From NCBI GenBank assembly GCA_964016885.1, contig OZ024759.1, forward strand, positions 17,670,001-17,734,000: a stretch of DNA of 64,000 nucleotides, given 5' to 3'. This document shows, in pieces, positions 40,298 to 54,371 of the stretch. Position 1 is the first letter of the stretch. Each line of letters starts with the position of its first letter. Both the position numbers and the translations under genes were made by a program. The notes beneath the pieces were generated by a model. It saw only the letters and a list, made by a program, of their open reading frames with translations, did no database searches and was not told where the DNA came from. Origin of the DNA: Eledone cirrhosa (Eukaryota).

Positions 40298-41137
40298 ATA
40301 TAATCATCATCATCACTATAACCATCATCATTACTATAAATATCATCATTATCATCATCATTACTATAAATATCATCATCATCACTATAATCACCATCAT
40401 CATCACCATCATCACAATAATCACCATCATCATCATTATAATCACCATCATCATCATCACTATAATAATTACCATCACTATAATCGCCATCATCATCATC
40501 ATCACAATAATTACCATCACTATAATCACCATCATCATCATCACCATAATTACCATCACTATAATCATCATCATCATCACCATAATAATTACCATCACTA
40601 TAATCATCATCATCATCATCATAATAATTACCATCACTATAATCATCATCATCATCATCATCACCATAATAATTACCATCACTATAATCATCATCACCAC
40701 CACCACAACCATCATCATCATCATCATCACCATCACTATAATCATCATCATCATCATCATCACTATAATAATTACCATCACTATAATCATCACCACCACC
40801 ACCACCACAACCATCATCATCATCATCACTATAATCACCATCATCATCACTATAATCACAATCACCATCATCATCATTATAATCACCACCATCATTATAA
40901 TCAGCATCATCATCATTATAATCACTATAATCAACATCATCACTATAGTAATTATCATCATTATCACCACCACTGTCACCCTCACTGTCATTGTCACCAT
41001 CACCATCCTCAAAATTATCATTGAGGCTACACGTGTCTGTGGAATGCTCAGCCACTTTCATAAAAATTTCATAAGTTTGCTGTTTGGAACATTTGGTGGA
41101 ACTGACCGAAGTCAGTACACAGTTTATTGCTCTTTAT

Positions 41138-41179
<42 letters not shown>

Positions 41180-41489
41180 CATTACTACCACCACTACTAT
41201 TACTACCACCACTACTGCTATTACCACTGCTGCTGCTACTAGTACTACTAATACTACTACTATTATTACCACCACTATCACCACCACCACCAACACTACT
41301 ACTATTACCACCACTACTGCCTCTGCTGCTGCTACTACTACTACTATTACCCCCACCACTACTAATACTACTACCACTACTATTACCACCACCACCACCA
41401 CCACTACTACTACCTCTACTACTACTACTACCATTACTATTACTGCCACCACTACTACTACTATTACTATTACTGCCACCACCACCACC

Positions 41490-41520
<31 letters not shown>

Positions 41521-42066
41521 TGAGACTTAGTGTACCAGTGATTGTATTGTATGTAGACTGTATTGTATGTATGTATGTAGATTGTATGTAGATTGTATTG
41601 TATGTATGTATATAGATTGTATTGTATGTAGATTGTATTGTATGTATGTATGTATGTATGTAGATTGTATTGTATGTATGTATGTAGATTGTATTCTATG
41701 TAGATTGTATGTATGTATGTAGATTGTATTGTATGTATGTAGATTGTATTGTATGTATGTATTGTATGTAGATTGTATTGTATGTATGTATGTATGTATG
41801 TAGATTGTATTGTATGTAGATTGTATGTATGTATGTATGTATATAGATTGTATTGTATGTATGTAGATTGTATTGTATGTATGTATGTATGTATGTAGAT
41901 TGTATTGTATGTAGATTGTATGTATGTATGTATGTATATAGATTGTATTGTATGTATGTAGATTGTATTGTATGTATGTATGTATGTAGATTGTATTGTA
42001 TGTAGATTGTATGTATGTATGTATATAGATTGTATTGTATGTATGTAGATTGTATTGTATGTATGT
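40298..42066. repeat. (ATC/ACC/ATA) mosaic, (CTA)n mosaic and TAGATTGTATTG(TATG)n minisatellite
   Basis: Directly visible. Confidence 0.93.
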
Positions 42067-42566
42067 GAACTTGTGATTGACTTTGTGTAAGAGCATACCT
42101 GATTGTGTGTTTGTGTGTGTGCGCGCGTGCGTGCATGCAACCAAATGCTTGTCTGTTTTTGTGGCTATATATATGTATGTATATGTAACAATTTACCTGT
42201 ATATGTGATTGTGTCTATATATGTATGCATCTGTATGTATGTATGTGTGTCTGTATATGTGTCTGTATGTGTGTGTGTGTGTGTGTCTGTATGTATGTAT
42301 GTATGTGTCTGTATGTATGTATGTATGTATGTGTCTGTATGTATGTATGTGTGTCTGTATGTATGTCTGTCTGTCTGTCTGTATGTATGTATGTTTGTCT
42401 GTATGTATGTTTGTCTGTATGTGTCTGTATGTATGTATGTATGTATGTGTGTGTGTGTCTGTATGTATGTCTATGTATGTATGTATGTATGTGTCTGTAT
42501 GTATGTATGTATCTGTGTGTGTGTGTGTCTGTATGTATGTATGTATGTGTATGTATGTGTGTATGT

Positions 42567-43789
42567 TTTTTCTTTCTCTTAATTTCGAGTATATTTTTTT
42601 GACCGGCCACCTTCCTGGTGGCAAGGTTGTAAAAGAAAAGAAATTGTCATCCCTTGAATCGCAAGAATGTTTTGCATATTTTGAAGGTGCCAGCTATCGC
42701 AGCCATTTGTAGACTATGAATTAGGGAGCTGCGCTTTTTGTCCGCAAATCCAAGTTCGGTCATACTTTGGTCCAAGCGGGTTGGTATATAACCCGTAGCA
42801 CCAATAATGATGGGTATGAAGCTAAAGGTGTATCTTGGATACTGGATTTGTAAGCTCCTCATCAATGGTCCGTAGATGTCCTCCTTCTCCTGTATTTTTC
42901 TGACAACGTTTACATCAAGTGGGCAGGTGATCTCCACAACAGAACACGTTTTCAATGTGTGGTCCCAAACTACAATATCAGGCCGGTTGTGCTTTAATTT
43001 GGTGGCAGTTTTTATTTTCAGGTTCCACCAGTATTCCTTAGTGCCATCTGTCTCAATATATTCTTCCTCGTTTGTTGTTAATTTTGTTTTCCGAAGTGCG
43101 TTCCAGATAGTTCTAGCTATCCCATCGTGTCTCATGGGGAGGTAGTAGCGAGATGACATTCTTTCGCAGCTGGCAACAATGTGGCTTACATCCTCGATCT
43201 TTGTTTTACATAGCCTACATTTATTGTCAGCTGCTGGCCCTCCTCTTTTGTGCAGCAGATATTTGGTAGGGAGTTCTTGTTCCTGTATTGCATAGAGATA
43301 TCCCTCAAGGTGTGATGTCATAAACTTGTCGGAACTCCATGCCAGGCTTTTTGAGTGGTTTATCCCCTCTATGGTCTGTGTTTTACGCCTCAAGTATCCA
43401 TGCACAACTTTCTCTGTAAATTGGTCAATTTTTTTTTCTTGTTTGAACATTGAATAGGATCTTCCGATTTCTCTGGGTGAGAGATTTATATCAGGCTTTA
43501 TTTCATATCTCTCCTCCAGATCAGTCGCTATTCTAATGATATTTCTTTTTTCATGCTCATAAACCTGAGCAAGATGGTCGCCAACCTTTTTCCTCTGTTG
43601 AAGGTGTTGCTTCAGTGTTACTATCCGGGTCTCATATGTTGTTAATATTGATTTTAGACCCCGGCCACCTTCCTTGCGTGAGAAGTATAGCCTATCCACA
43701 TCACCATTGATGTTAAAGTTCCCAGTAACACTGAGAAGTTTATGAGTTCTAACATCCATCTCACTTAGTTCTTGCAATGACCAGTTCAT
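42567..43789 (-). mobile_element. R4/Dong-like RLE non-LTR retrotransposon, 5'-truncated, uninterrupted 380-aa ORF (42647-43789) plus ~80-bp 3' UTR
   Basis: DVDRLYFSRKEGGRGL (RT thumb region), EGYLYAIQEQEL, CRLCKTKIEDVSHIVASC (CCHC), RHD, HNRPDIVVWD..VEITCP..KEDIY (PD-(D/E)xK-type RLE), IPIIIGATG; A-rich end running into (CATA)n. Confidence 0.93.
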
Positions 43790-44124
43790 GGATGTATGTG
43801 TGTCTGTATGTATGTATGTATGTATGTATGTATGTGTGTCTGTATCTATCTATGTATGTGTGTCTGTATGTATGTATGTATGTATGTATGTGTGTCTATG
43901 TATGTATGTGTGTCTGTATTATGTATGTATGTATGTGTGTCTGTAATATGTATGTATGTGTGTCTGTATTATGTATGTATGTGTGTGTGTCTGTATGTAT
44001 GTATGTATGTATGTATGTATGTATGTGTGTCTGTATGTGTGTCTGTATGTGTGCATGCATTTGAGGAATGCAACGTTAAAACAAAACAGCTCATGCAGTG
44101 GACACTACTGCATGATGTTCTAGT

Positions 44125-44203
<79 letters not shown>

Positions 44204-44338
44204 GTATATATATATAGAGTGGGAAACAATTTTCCTACTCTACTACCCTAAGTATTGAGTACTCTGGTGTGTTATGGTCCATCTGGTTCCTTACCACAAT
44301 TCCTTTGTTATATATATATATATATATATATATCCCCT

Positions 44339-44433
<95 letters not shown>

Positions 44434-44945
44434 TATATCCCCTGCTCTCTCTCTCTCTCTGTTCTTTCTTTGCTCTCATTCAAATTGTAACAACTCTTTC
44501 ACAACTCTACCCAGCAATCTACACCATTGGCTCAAATAAATATTCCCCCCCCCATACACACACGTGCATGCATACAGACATACATTCACACACACTCACA
44601 GGTGCAAACACCTGCAAACACACATGTACACATACATACAAACATTCACACACACACACACACATGTTCACATACAACCACACATGCTCATATACATACA
44701 AACATTCTCACACAGATATCATACACACACCCTCACACCAAAACTCATGCAAACAAAGGCACACACATGCACATAGACACACACATGTACACATACACGT
44801 GTACACATGCAAACACAAATGTTCACATACGTACAAACATTCATACACACAGATACTCGTACACCCTCACACTTTCACACCCTCACATCAAAACGCATGC
44901 ACACAAACTCTCACACACAAACACATGTATACAAACACACACACA

Positions 44946-45537
44946 CAGTACTATTACATATGTAGTAGTAGTGCCACAGTAGTGCTGATGTATTATATAA
45001 CTACAGTACTATTACATATGTAGTAGTAGTAGTAGTGCCACAGTAGTACTGATGTATTATATAACTACAGTACTATTACATATGTAGTAGTAGTAGTAGT
45101 AGTGTCACAGTAGTGCTGATGTATTATATAACTACAGTACTATCACATATGTAGTAGTAGTAGTGCCACAGTAGTGCTGATGTATTATATAACTACAGTA
45201 CTATTACATATGTAGTAGTAGTAGTAGTGCCACAGTAGTACTGATGTATTATATAACTACAGTACTATTACATATGTAGTAGTAGTAGTAGTGCCACAGT
45301 AGTGCTGATGTATTATATAACTACAGTACTATTACATATGTAGTAGTAGTAGTAGTGCCACAGTAGTGCTGATGTATTATATAACTACAGTACTATTACA
45401 TATGTAGTAGTAGTAGTAGTAGTAGTGCCACAGTAGTGCTGATGTATTATATAACTACAGTACTATTACATATGTAGTAGTAGTAGTAGTGCCACAGTAG
45501 TGCTGATGTATTATATAACTACAGTACTATTACATAT

Positions 45538-45570
<33 letters not shown>

Positions 45571-45978
45571 CCACAGTAGTGCTGATGTATTATATAACTA
45601 CAGTACTATTACATATGTAGTAGTAGTAGTAGTGCCACAGTAGTGCTGATGTATTATATAACTACAGTACTATTACATATGTAGTAGTAGTAGTAGTAGT
45701 AGTGCCACAGTAGTGCTGATGTATTATATAACTACAGTACTATTACATATGTAGTAGTAGTAGTAGTAGTAGTAGTAGTGCCACAGTAGTGCTGATGTAT
45801 TATATAACTACAGTACTATTACATATGTAGTAGTAGTAGTAGTAGTAGTAGTAGTGCCACAGTAGTGCTGATGTATTATATAACTACAGTACTATTACAT
45901 ATGTAGTAGTAGTAGTAGTAGTAGTAGTAGTGCCACAGTAGTGCTGATGTATTATATAACTACAGTACTATTACATAT

Positions 45979-46014
<36 letters not shown>

Positions 46015-48448
46015 TCACAGTAGTGCTGATGTATTATATAACTACAGTACTATTACATATGTAGTAGCAGTAGTAGTGTCACAGTAGTGCTGATGTATTA
46101 TATAACTACAGTACTATTACATATGTAGTAGTAGTAGTAGTAGTGCCACAGTAGTGCTGATGTATTATATAACTACAGTACTATTACATATGTAGTAGCA
46201 GTAGTAGTGTCACAGTAGTGCTGATGTATTATATAACTACAGTACTATTACATATGTAGTAGTAGTAGTAGTAGTGTCACAGTAGTGCTGATGTATTATA
46301 TAACTACAGTACTATTACATATGTAGTAGTAGTAGTGCCACAGTAGTGCTGATGTATTATATAACTACAGTACTATTACATATGTAGTAGTAGTAGTAGT
46401 GCCACAGTAGTACTGATGTATTATATAACTACAGTACTATTACATATGTAGTAGTAGTAGTAGTGCCACAGTAGTGCTGATGTATTATATAACTACAGTA
46501 CTATTACATATGTAGTAGTAGTAGTAGTAGTAGTGCCACAGTAGTGCTGATGTATTATATAACTACAGTACTATTACATATGTAGTAGTAGTAGTAGTAG
46601 TGTCACAGTAGTGCTGATGTATTATATAACTACAGTACTATTACATATGTAGTAGTAGTAGTAGTGCCACAGTAGTGCTGATGTATTATATAACTACAGT
46701 ACTATTACATATGTAGTAGTAGTAGTAGTAGTAGTGCCACAGTAGTGCTGATGTATTATATAACTACAGTACTATTACATATGTAGTAGTAGTAGTAGTA
46801 GTAGTGCCACAGTAGTGCTGATGTATTATATAACTACAGTACTATTACATATGTAGTAGTAGTAGTAGTAGTGCCACAGTAGTGCTGATGTATTATATAA
46901 CTACAGTACTATTACATATGTAGTAGTAGTAGTAGTAGTAGTGTCACAGTAGTGCTGATGTATTATATAACTACAGTACTATTACATATGTAGTAGTAGT
47001 AGTAGTGCCACAGTAGTGCTGATGTATTATATAACTACAGTACTATTACATATGTAGTAGTAGTAGTAGTAGTGTCACAGTAGTGCTGATGTATTATATA
47101 ACTACAGTACTATTACATATGTAGTAGTAGTAGTAGTAGTGTCACAGTAGTGCTGATGTATTATATAACTACAGTACTATTACATATGTAGTAGTAGTAG
47201 TAGTAGTAGTGTCACAGTAGTGCTGATGTATTATATAACTACAGTACTATTACATATGTAGTAGTAGTAGTAGTAGTAGTGTCACAGTAGTGCTGATGTA
47301 TTATATAACTACAGTACTATTACATATGTAGTAGTAGTAGTAGTAGTGTCACAGTAGTGCTGATGTATTATATAACTGCAGTACTATTACATATGTAGTA
47401 GTAGTAGTAGTAGTGTCACAGTAGTGCTGATGTATTATATAACTACAGTACTATTACATATGTAGTAGTAGTAGTAGTAGTGTCACAGTAGTGCTGATGT
47501 ATTATATAACTACAGTACTATTACATATGTAGTAGTAGTAGTAGTAGTGTCACAGTAGTGCTGATGTATTATATAACTACAGTACTATTACATATGTAGT
47601 AGTAGTAGTGCCACAGTAGTGCTGATGTATTATATAACTACAGTACTATTACATATGTAGTAGTAGTAGTAGTGCCACAGTAGTACTGATGTATTATATA
47701 ACTACAGTACTATTACATATGTAGTAGTAGTAGTAGTGCCACAGTAGTGCTGATGTATTATATAACTACAGTACTATTACATATGTAGTAGTAGTAGTAG
47801 TAGTGTCACAGTAGTGCTGATGTATTATATAACTACAGTACTATTACATATGTAGTAGTAGTAGTAGTAGTAGTAGTGTCACAGTAGTGCTGATGTATTA
47901 TATAACTACAGTACTATTACATATGTAGTAGTAGTAGTGCCACAGTAGTGCTGATGTATTATATAACTACAGTACTATTACATATGTAGTAGTAGTAGTA
48001 GTGCCACAGTAGTACTGATGTATTATATAACTACAGTACTATTACATATGTAGTAGTAGTAGTAGTGCCACAGTAGTGCTGATGTATTATATAACTACAG
48101 TACTATTACATATGTAGTAGTAGTAGTAGTAGTGTCACAGTAGTGCTGATGTATTATATAACTACAGTACTATTACATATGTAGTAGTAGTAGTAGTAGT
48201 AGTGTCACAGTAGTGCTGATGTATTATATAACTACAGTACTATTACATATGTAGTAGCAGTAGTAGTGTCACAGTAGTGCTGATGTATTATATAACTACA
48301 GTACTATTACATATGTAGTAGTAGTAGTAGTAGTAGTGTCACAGTAGTGCTGATGTATTATATAACTGCAGTACTATTACATATGTAGTAGTAGTAGTAG
48401 TGCCACAGTAGTGCTGATGTATTATATAACTACAGTACTATTACATAT

Positions 48449-48484
<36 letters not shown>

Positions 48485-48658
48485 CCACAGTAGTGCTGAT
48501 GTATTATATAACTGCAGTACTATTACATATGTAGTAGTAGTAGTAGTGTCACAGTAGTGCTGATGTATTATATAACTACAGTACTATTACATATGTAGTA
48601 GTAGTAGTAGTGCCACAGTAGTGCTGATGTATTATATAACTACAGTACTATTACATAT

Positions 48659-48694
<36 letters not shown>

Positions 48695-49060
48695 CCACAG
48701 TAGTGCTGATGTATTATATAACTGCAGTACTATTACATATGTAGTAGTAGTAGTAGTGTCACAGTAGTGCTGATGTATTATATAACTACAGTACTATTAC
48801 ATATGTAGTAGTAGTAGTAGTGTCACAGTAGTGCTGATGTATTATATAACTACAGTACTATTACATATGTAGTAGTAGTAGTAGTGTCACAGTAGTGCTG
48901 ATGTATTATATAACTGCAGTACTATTACATATGTAGTAGTAGTAGTAGTGTCACAGTAGTGCTGATGTATTATATAACTACAGTACTATTACATATGTAG
49001 TAGTAGTAGTAGTGCCACAGTAGTGCTGATGTATTATATAACTACAGTACTATTACATAT

Positions 49061-49096
<36 letters not shown>

Positions 49097-50978
49097 CCAC
49101 AGTAGTGCTGATGTATTATATAACTGCAGTACTATTACATATGTAGTAGTAGTAGTAGTGTCACAGTAGTGCTGATGTATTATATAACTGCAGTACTATT
49201 ACATATGTAGTAGTAGTAGTAGTGTCACAGTAGTGCTGATGTATTATATAACTACAGTACTATTACATATGTAGTAGTAGTAGTGCCACAGTAGTGCTGA
49301 TGTATTATATAACTACAGTACTATTACATATGTAGTAGTAGTAGTAGTAGTAGTGTCACAGTAGTGCTGATGTATTATATAACTACAGTACTATTACATA
49401 TGTAGTAGCAGTAGTAGTGTCACAGTAGTGCTGATGTATTATATAACTACAGTACTATTACATATGTAGTAGTAGTAGTAGTAGTAGTGTCACAGTAGTG
49501 CTGATGTATTATATAACTGCAGTACTATTACATATGTAGTAGTAGTAGTAGTGCCACAGTAGTGCTGATGTATTATATAACTACAGTACTATTACATATG
49601 TAGTAGTAGTAGTAGTGCCACAGTAGTGCTGATGTATTATATAACTACAGTACTATTACATATGTAGTAGTAGTAGTAGTGCCACAGTAGTGCTGATGTA
49701 TTATATAACTACAGTACTATTACATATGTAGTAGTAGTAGTAGTAGTGTCACAGTAGTGCTGATGTATTATATAACTGCAGTACTATTACATATGTAGTA
49801 GTAGTAGTAGTGCCACAGTAGTGCTGATGTATTATATAACTACAGTACTATTACATATGTAGTAGTAGTAGTAGTGCCACAGTAGTGCTGATGTATTATA
49901 TAACTACAGTACTATTACATATGTAGTAGTAGTAGTAGTGCCACAGTAGTGCTGATGTATTATATAACTACAGTACTATTACATATGTAGTAGTAGTAGT
50001 AGTGCCACAGTAGTGCTGATGTATTATATAACTACAGTACTATTACATATGTAGTAGTAGTAGTAGTGCCACAGTAGTGCTGATGTATTATATAACTACA
50101 GTACTATTACATATGTAGTAGTAGTAGTAGTAGTGTCACAGTAGTGCTGATATATTATATAACTACAGTACTATTACATATGTAGTAGCAGTAGTAGTGT
50201 CACAGTAGTGCTGATGTATTATATAACTACAGTACTATTACATATGTAGTAGTAGTAGTAGTGCCACAGTAGTGCTGATGTATTATATAACTACAGTACT
50301 ATTACATATGTAGTAGCAGTAGTAGTGTCACAGTAGTGCTGATGTATTATATAACTACAGTACTATTACATATGTAGTAGTAGTAGTAGTAGTGCCACAG
50401 TAGTGCTGATGTATTATATAACTACAGTACTATTACATATGTAGTAGTAGTAGTAGTGCCACAGTAGTGCTGATGTATTATATAACTACAGTACTATTAC
50501 ATATGTAGTAGTAGTAGTAGTGTCACAGTAGTGCTGATGTATTATATAACTACAGTACTATTACATATGTAGTAGTAGTAGTAGTGCCACAGTAGTGCTG
50601 ATGTATTATATAACTACAGTACTATTACATATGTAGTAGTAGTAGTAGTAGTGTCACAGTAGTGCTGATGTATTATATAACTACAGTACTATTACATATG
50701 TAGTAGTAGTAGTAGTAGTAGTGTCACAGTAGTGCTGATGTATTATATAACTACAGTACTATTACATATGTAGTAGTAGTAGTAGTGCCACAGTAGTGCT
50801 GATGTATTATATAACTACAGTACTATTACATATGTAGTAGTAGTAGTAGTAGTAGTAGTGCCACAGTAGTGCTGATGTATTATATAACTACAGTACTATT
50901 ACATATGTAGTAGTAGTAGTAGTAGTAGTAGTGCCACAGTAGTGCTGATGTATTATATAACTACAGTACTATTACATA
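44946..50978. repeat. ~6-kb tandem array: constant 49-bp core GTG(C/T)CACAGTAGTGCTGATGTATTATATAACTACAGTACTATTACATAT plus variable (GTA)n
   Basis: Directly visible; roughly 90 units estimated from length; n about 3-11. Confidence 0.97.
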
Positions 50979-51115
50979 AGCAGTGAATTGTGAGTCGTTA
51001 AAACATCGGATAGAATGCTTTGCAGTATTTGTTTTGACTCTCTGTCCTCTGGGTTCAAATCTCACCGAGGTCAAATTTGCCTTTCATCCATTTAAGGTCA
51101 ATAAAAAAAAATACC

Positions 51116-51833
51116 AGTCTAGTACTGGGGTTGATCATTCCTCTATATCTCTTTCCTATTTCCATTCTCTCATTTTCTATCCTCCTATATTCAGGCCTGG
51201 AGAGGAAATGGGCTCCACCATGTTTTAAAATGCCCTAGAAATGTCTTATGGCAATAGGGCGCTCCTACAACTCCCTCGGTTACGGAACGAAGAGAGTCTA
51301 GTACTGGGGTTGATCATTCCTCTATATCTCTTTCCTATTTCCATTCTCTCATTTTCTATCCTCCTATATTCAGGCCTGGAGAGGAAATGGGCTCCACCAT
51401 GTTTTAAAATGCCCTAGAAATGTCTTATGGCAATAGGGCGCTCCTACAACTCCCTCGGTTACGGAACGAAGAGAGTCTAGTACTGGGGTTGATCATTCCT
51501 CTATATCTCTTTCCTATTTCCATTCTCTCATTTTCTATCCTCCTATATTCAGGCCTGGAGAGGAAATGGGCTCCACCATGTTTTAAAATGCCCTAGAAAT
51601 GTCTTATGGCAATAGGGCGCTCCTACAACTCCCTCGGTTACGGAACGAAGAGAGTCTAGTACTGGGGTTGATCATTCCTCTATATCTCTTTCCTATTTCC
51701 ATTCTCTCATTTTCTATCCTCCTATATTCAGGCCTGGAGAGGAAATGGGCTCCACCATGTTTTAAAATGCCCTAGAAATGTCTTATGGCAATAGGGCGCT
51801 CCTACAACTCCCTCGGTTACGGAACGAAGAGAG
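51116..51833. repeat. Four apparently identical 179-bp tandem units starting inside a SINE B (50980-51135)
   Basis: AGTCTAGTACTGGGG at 51116, 51295, 51474 and 51653. Confidence 0.95.
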
Positions 51834-51914
51834 AGAAGAAACTGTCCTGTATAAAGATTGTACCGTACCAGTCTAGTGCTGGGTATATTCCTCATCTCTT
51901 TCTCACTCTCACTA

Positions 51915-53225
51915 ATAATTGTTTCTACTTTTGGCACAAGGCCAGCAATTACCCAGTGCATTACTGGTACTTTATTTTATCGACCTCTGTAAGCATGAAA
52001 GGCAAAGTTAACCTCAGCGGGATTTCAACTCAGTCCGTAAAGGGACGTAACTATGCTTAATAATAGGAATAATAATCGTTTCTGATTTAGGCACAAGGCC
52101 AACTCTATGCTGCAAAGCATGGCGTCCGTTCATCTACCGATACTGCCATTCCACTGCCAATCCTGTATAATTATAATTGTTTCCACATTAGGCACAAGGC
52201 CAGCAATTACCCAGTGCATTACTGGTACTTTATTTTATCGACCCCGTAAGGATGAAAGGCAAAGTCAACCTCGGCGGGATTTGAACTCAGATCGTAAAGG
52301 GACGTAACTATGGTGGAAAGCATGTCGTCCGACCCTCTACCGATACTGCCCATCCACCGCCAATCCTGTATAATTATAATGATAATTGTTTCTAACATCA
52401 GCCATCTCTGCAATAGATACAGAAAATAGTGCTGACTAGCACTTTCCATATCTTGATAAGGGCATTATCAATTTAAAAAAAACCTGCAAAGACATATACT
52501 GTTGTTTGTTCCCTTGTGGTATCATCTGTATGACAATTGATTGAAAAATGTGTGTATTATCAAATATTTCCTCGGGTGTCAGGTTGACACTCGGCAATAT
52601 TTGGGAAAGAAGCAGAACTCGAAGGAAGTTTCAAATAATAATAATTGTTTCTACTTTTGGCACAAGGCCAGCAATTAACCAGTACATTACTGGTACTTTA
52701 TTTTATCGACCCCGTAAGGATGAAAGGCAAAGTTAACCTCGGCGGGATTTGAACTCAGACTGTAAAGGGACGTAACTATGCTAGAAAGCATGGCATCCAA
52801 CCCTCTACCGATACTGCCAATTCACCAGACACAAGGCCAGTAATTTGGGGGAGGGGAAAGTCGACACCAGTGCATTACTGGTACTTTATTTTATCGAGTC
52901 CGTAAGGATCAAAGGCAAAGATAACCTCGGTGGGATTTGAACTCAGAACGTAAAGGGCCACAACTCTATGGTGTAAAGCATTATATCTGATCATGCTTTA
53001 TATAATAATGATTTCTACTATAGGCACAAGGCCAGCAATTTAGGGGGTGGGGATAGTGGATTAAATCGACACCAGTGCATTACTGGTGCTTTATTTTATC
53101 GACTCCGTAAGGATGAAAAGCAAAGTTAACCGCGGCGGGATTTGAACTCAGGACGCAAAGGGCCATAACTCTATGCTGTAAAGCATGGTGTCTGACACTT
53201 TACCGACACTGCCAATTCACCTTAT
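51915..53225 (-). mobile_element. Co-oriented SINE B cluster; an opposite-orientation copy lies at 53450-53630
   Basis: Same consensus as the 6.9-10.3k cluster. Confidence 0.9.
52395..52640 (+). mobile_element. Dong-like RLE retrotransposon 3' tip with TSD
   Basis: PSLQ*IQKIVLTSTFHILIRALSI* then 3' UTR; flanked by ATAAT(G/A)ATAATTGTTTCTA at 52376-52394 and 52635-52653. Confidence 0.75.
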
Positions 53226-53864
53226 TAATAATAATCATGATAATAATTCCTCACACTACTGTATTGGTATTTAGAGCTTGCTCTTGAGCAAGTAAGCTTT
53301 CTATTTCCTTTTCTTAACCAGTCCCATGGCTCACCCGATATTTTGTTTTCCCTGCCTCTTCATGCCAACACAAGAGCAAGAATGATGGTGTCATTCTACT
53401 GACATCATTTTAAAGAGGCTGTTTGCATAATTGCAAACGAATTGAATATTTGGCAGTATCGGTAGAGGATCGGACGCCATGCTTTCCAGCATAGTTACGT
53501 CCCTTTACGATCTGAGTTCAAATCCTGCCGAGGTTCACTTTGCCTTTCATCCTTACGGGGTCGATAAAATAAAGTACCAGTAATGCACTGGGTAATTGCT
53601 GACCTTGTGCCTAATGTAGAAACAATTATTGATATTCGAAAAACTCAGATTATATTTATTGTATTCAGCCATGTACAGCGATAAACAATTTGTCTTCAAA
53701 CTGGCTGTGAAGTGTTTTTTTTGTTTTCAATCCTACTCTTTGTTTTTTGTAGTTTCCCTTGTTTTCAATATTATCTTTGGATAGACCGTCTTCTTGTGCT
53801 TACGGCTTCCAATAATGTCTCATTACTTTTTGTTGCCAGGAATTAGTGTAAGCTTCTTACCTCT

Positions 53865-54096
53865 GATCTCTAGCATTCTTCTACCTCAATAAGGCCCCTA
53901 AATACCAATGCAATAAAATAGAGGTATTTATAGAATGGATGTGTCAAACAAATGTCGATTGTGTGGGATTCTTGTGGAGAAAGTGTTGCATATTGTTAGC
54001 AGCTGCTAAACATTAGCACATAAAGAATATAAAAGGTTGCATGACAAGGTTTATGCTAATCTGCATTGGATATTGTGCAAGAAGTATGGCATTGAT
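53865..54096 (+). mobile_element. Decayed R4/Dong-like zinc-knuckle fragment
   Basis: NKCRLCGILVEKVLHIVSSC*TLAHKEYKRLHDKVYANLHWILCKKYG. Confidence 0.8.
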
Positions 54097-54371
54097 CATC
54101 ATCATCACCATTTTACGTCAATGTTTCCATGGGTTAGACGAGTTGTCCTGTTGTGGGCAATGTCAGGTCAGGTGACCATGTCTTGCTCACACATGACTGA
54201 TTTTGGCTCGGTTTCTACAGCTGGATACCCTTCCTAACACAAACCTCATTTACAGTGAGTACTGGGTGCTTTTTTTACTGTAGCGCCTATATGAGACCAC
54301 TTTACAGTGTGGACTGGGTGTTTTTTTGTTGTGACACCCCTATGACCACTGTACAGTGGAAACTGTATTAT

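Noticed and set aside
40194-42712. Long poly-Ile/Asp/Thr ORFs, including an acidic DYSDGNYY repeat resembling biomineral proteins
   Set aside because: Translations of ATC/CTA/TATG repeats, open on both strands; no supporting gene structure
44946-50978. CRISPR-like appearance (constant repeat plus variable spacer)
   Set aside because: Spacers are only (GTA)n length variants, not unique sequences; no cas genes; eukaryotic context
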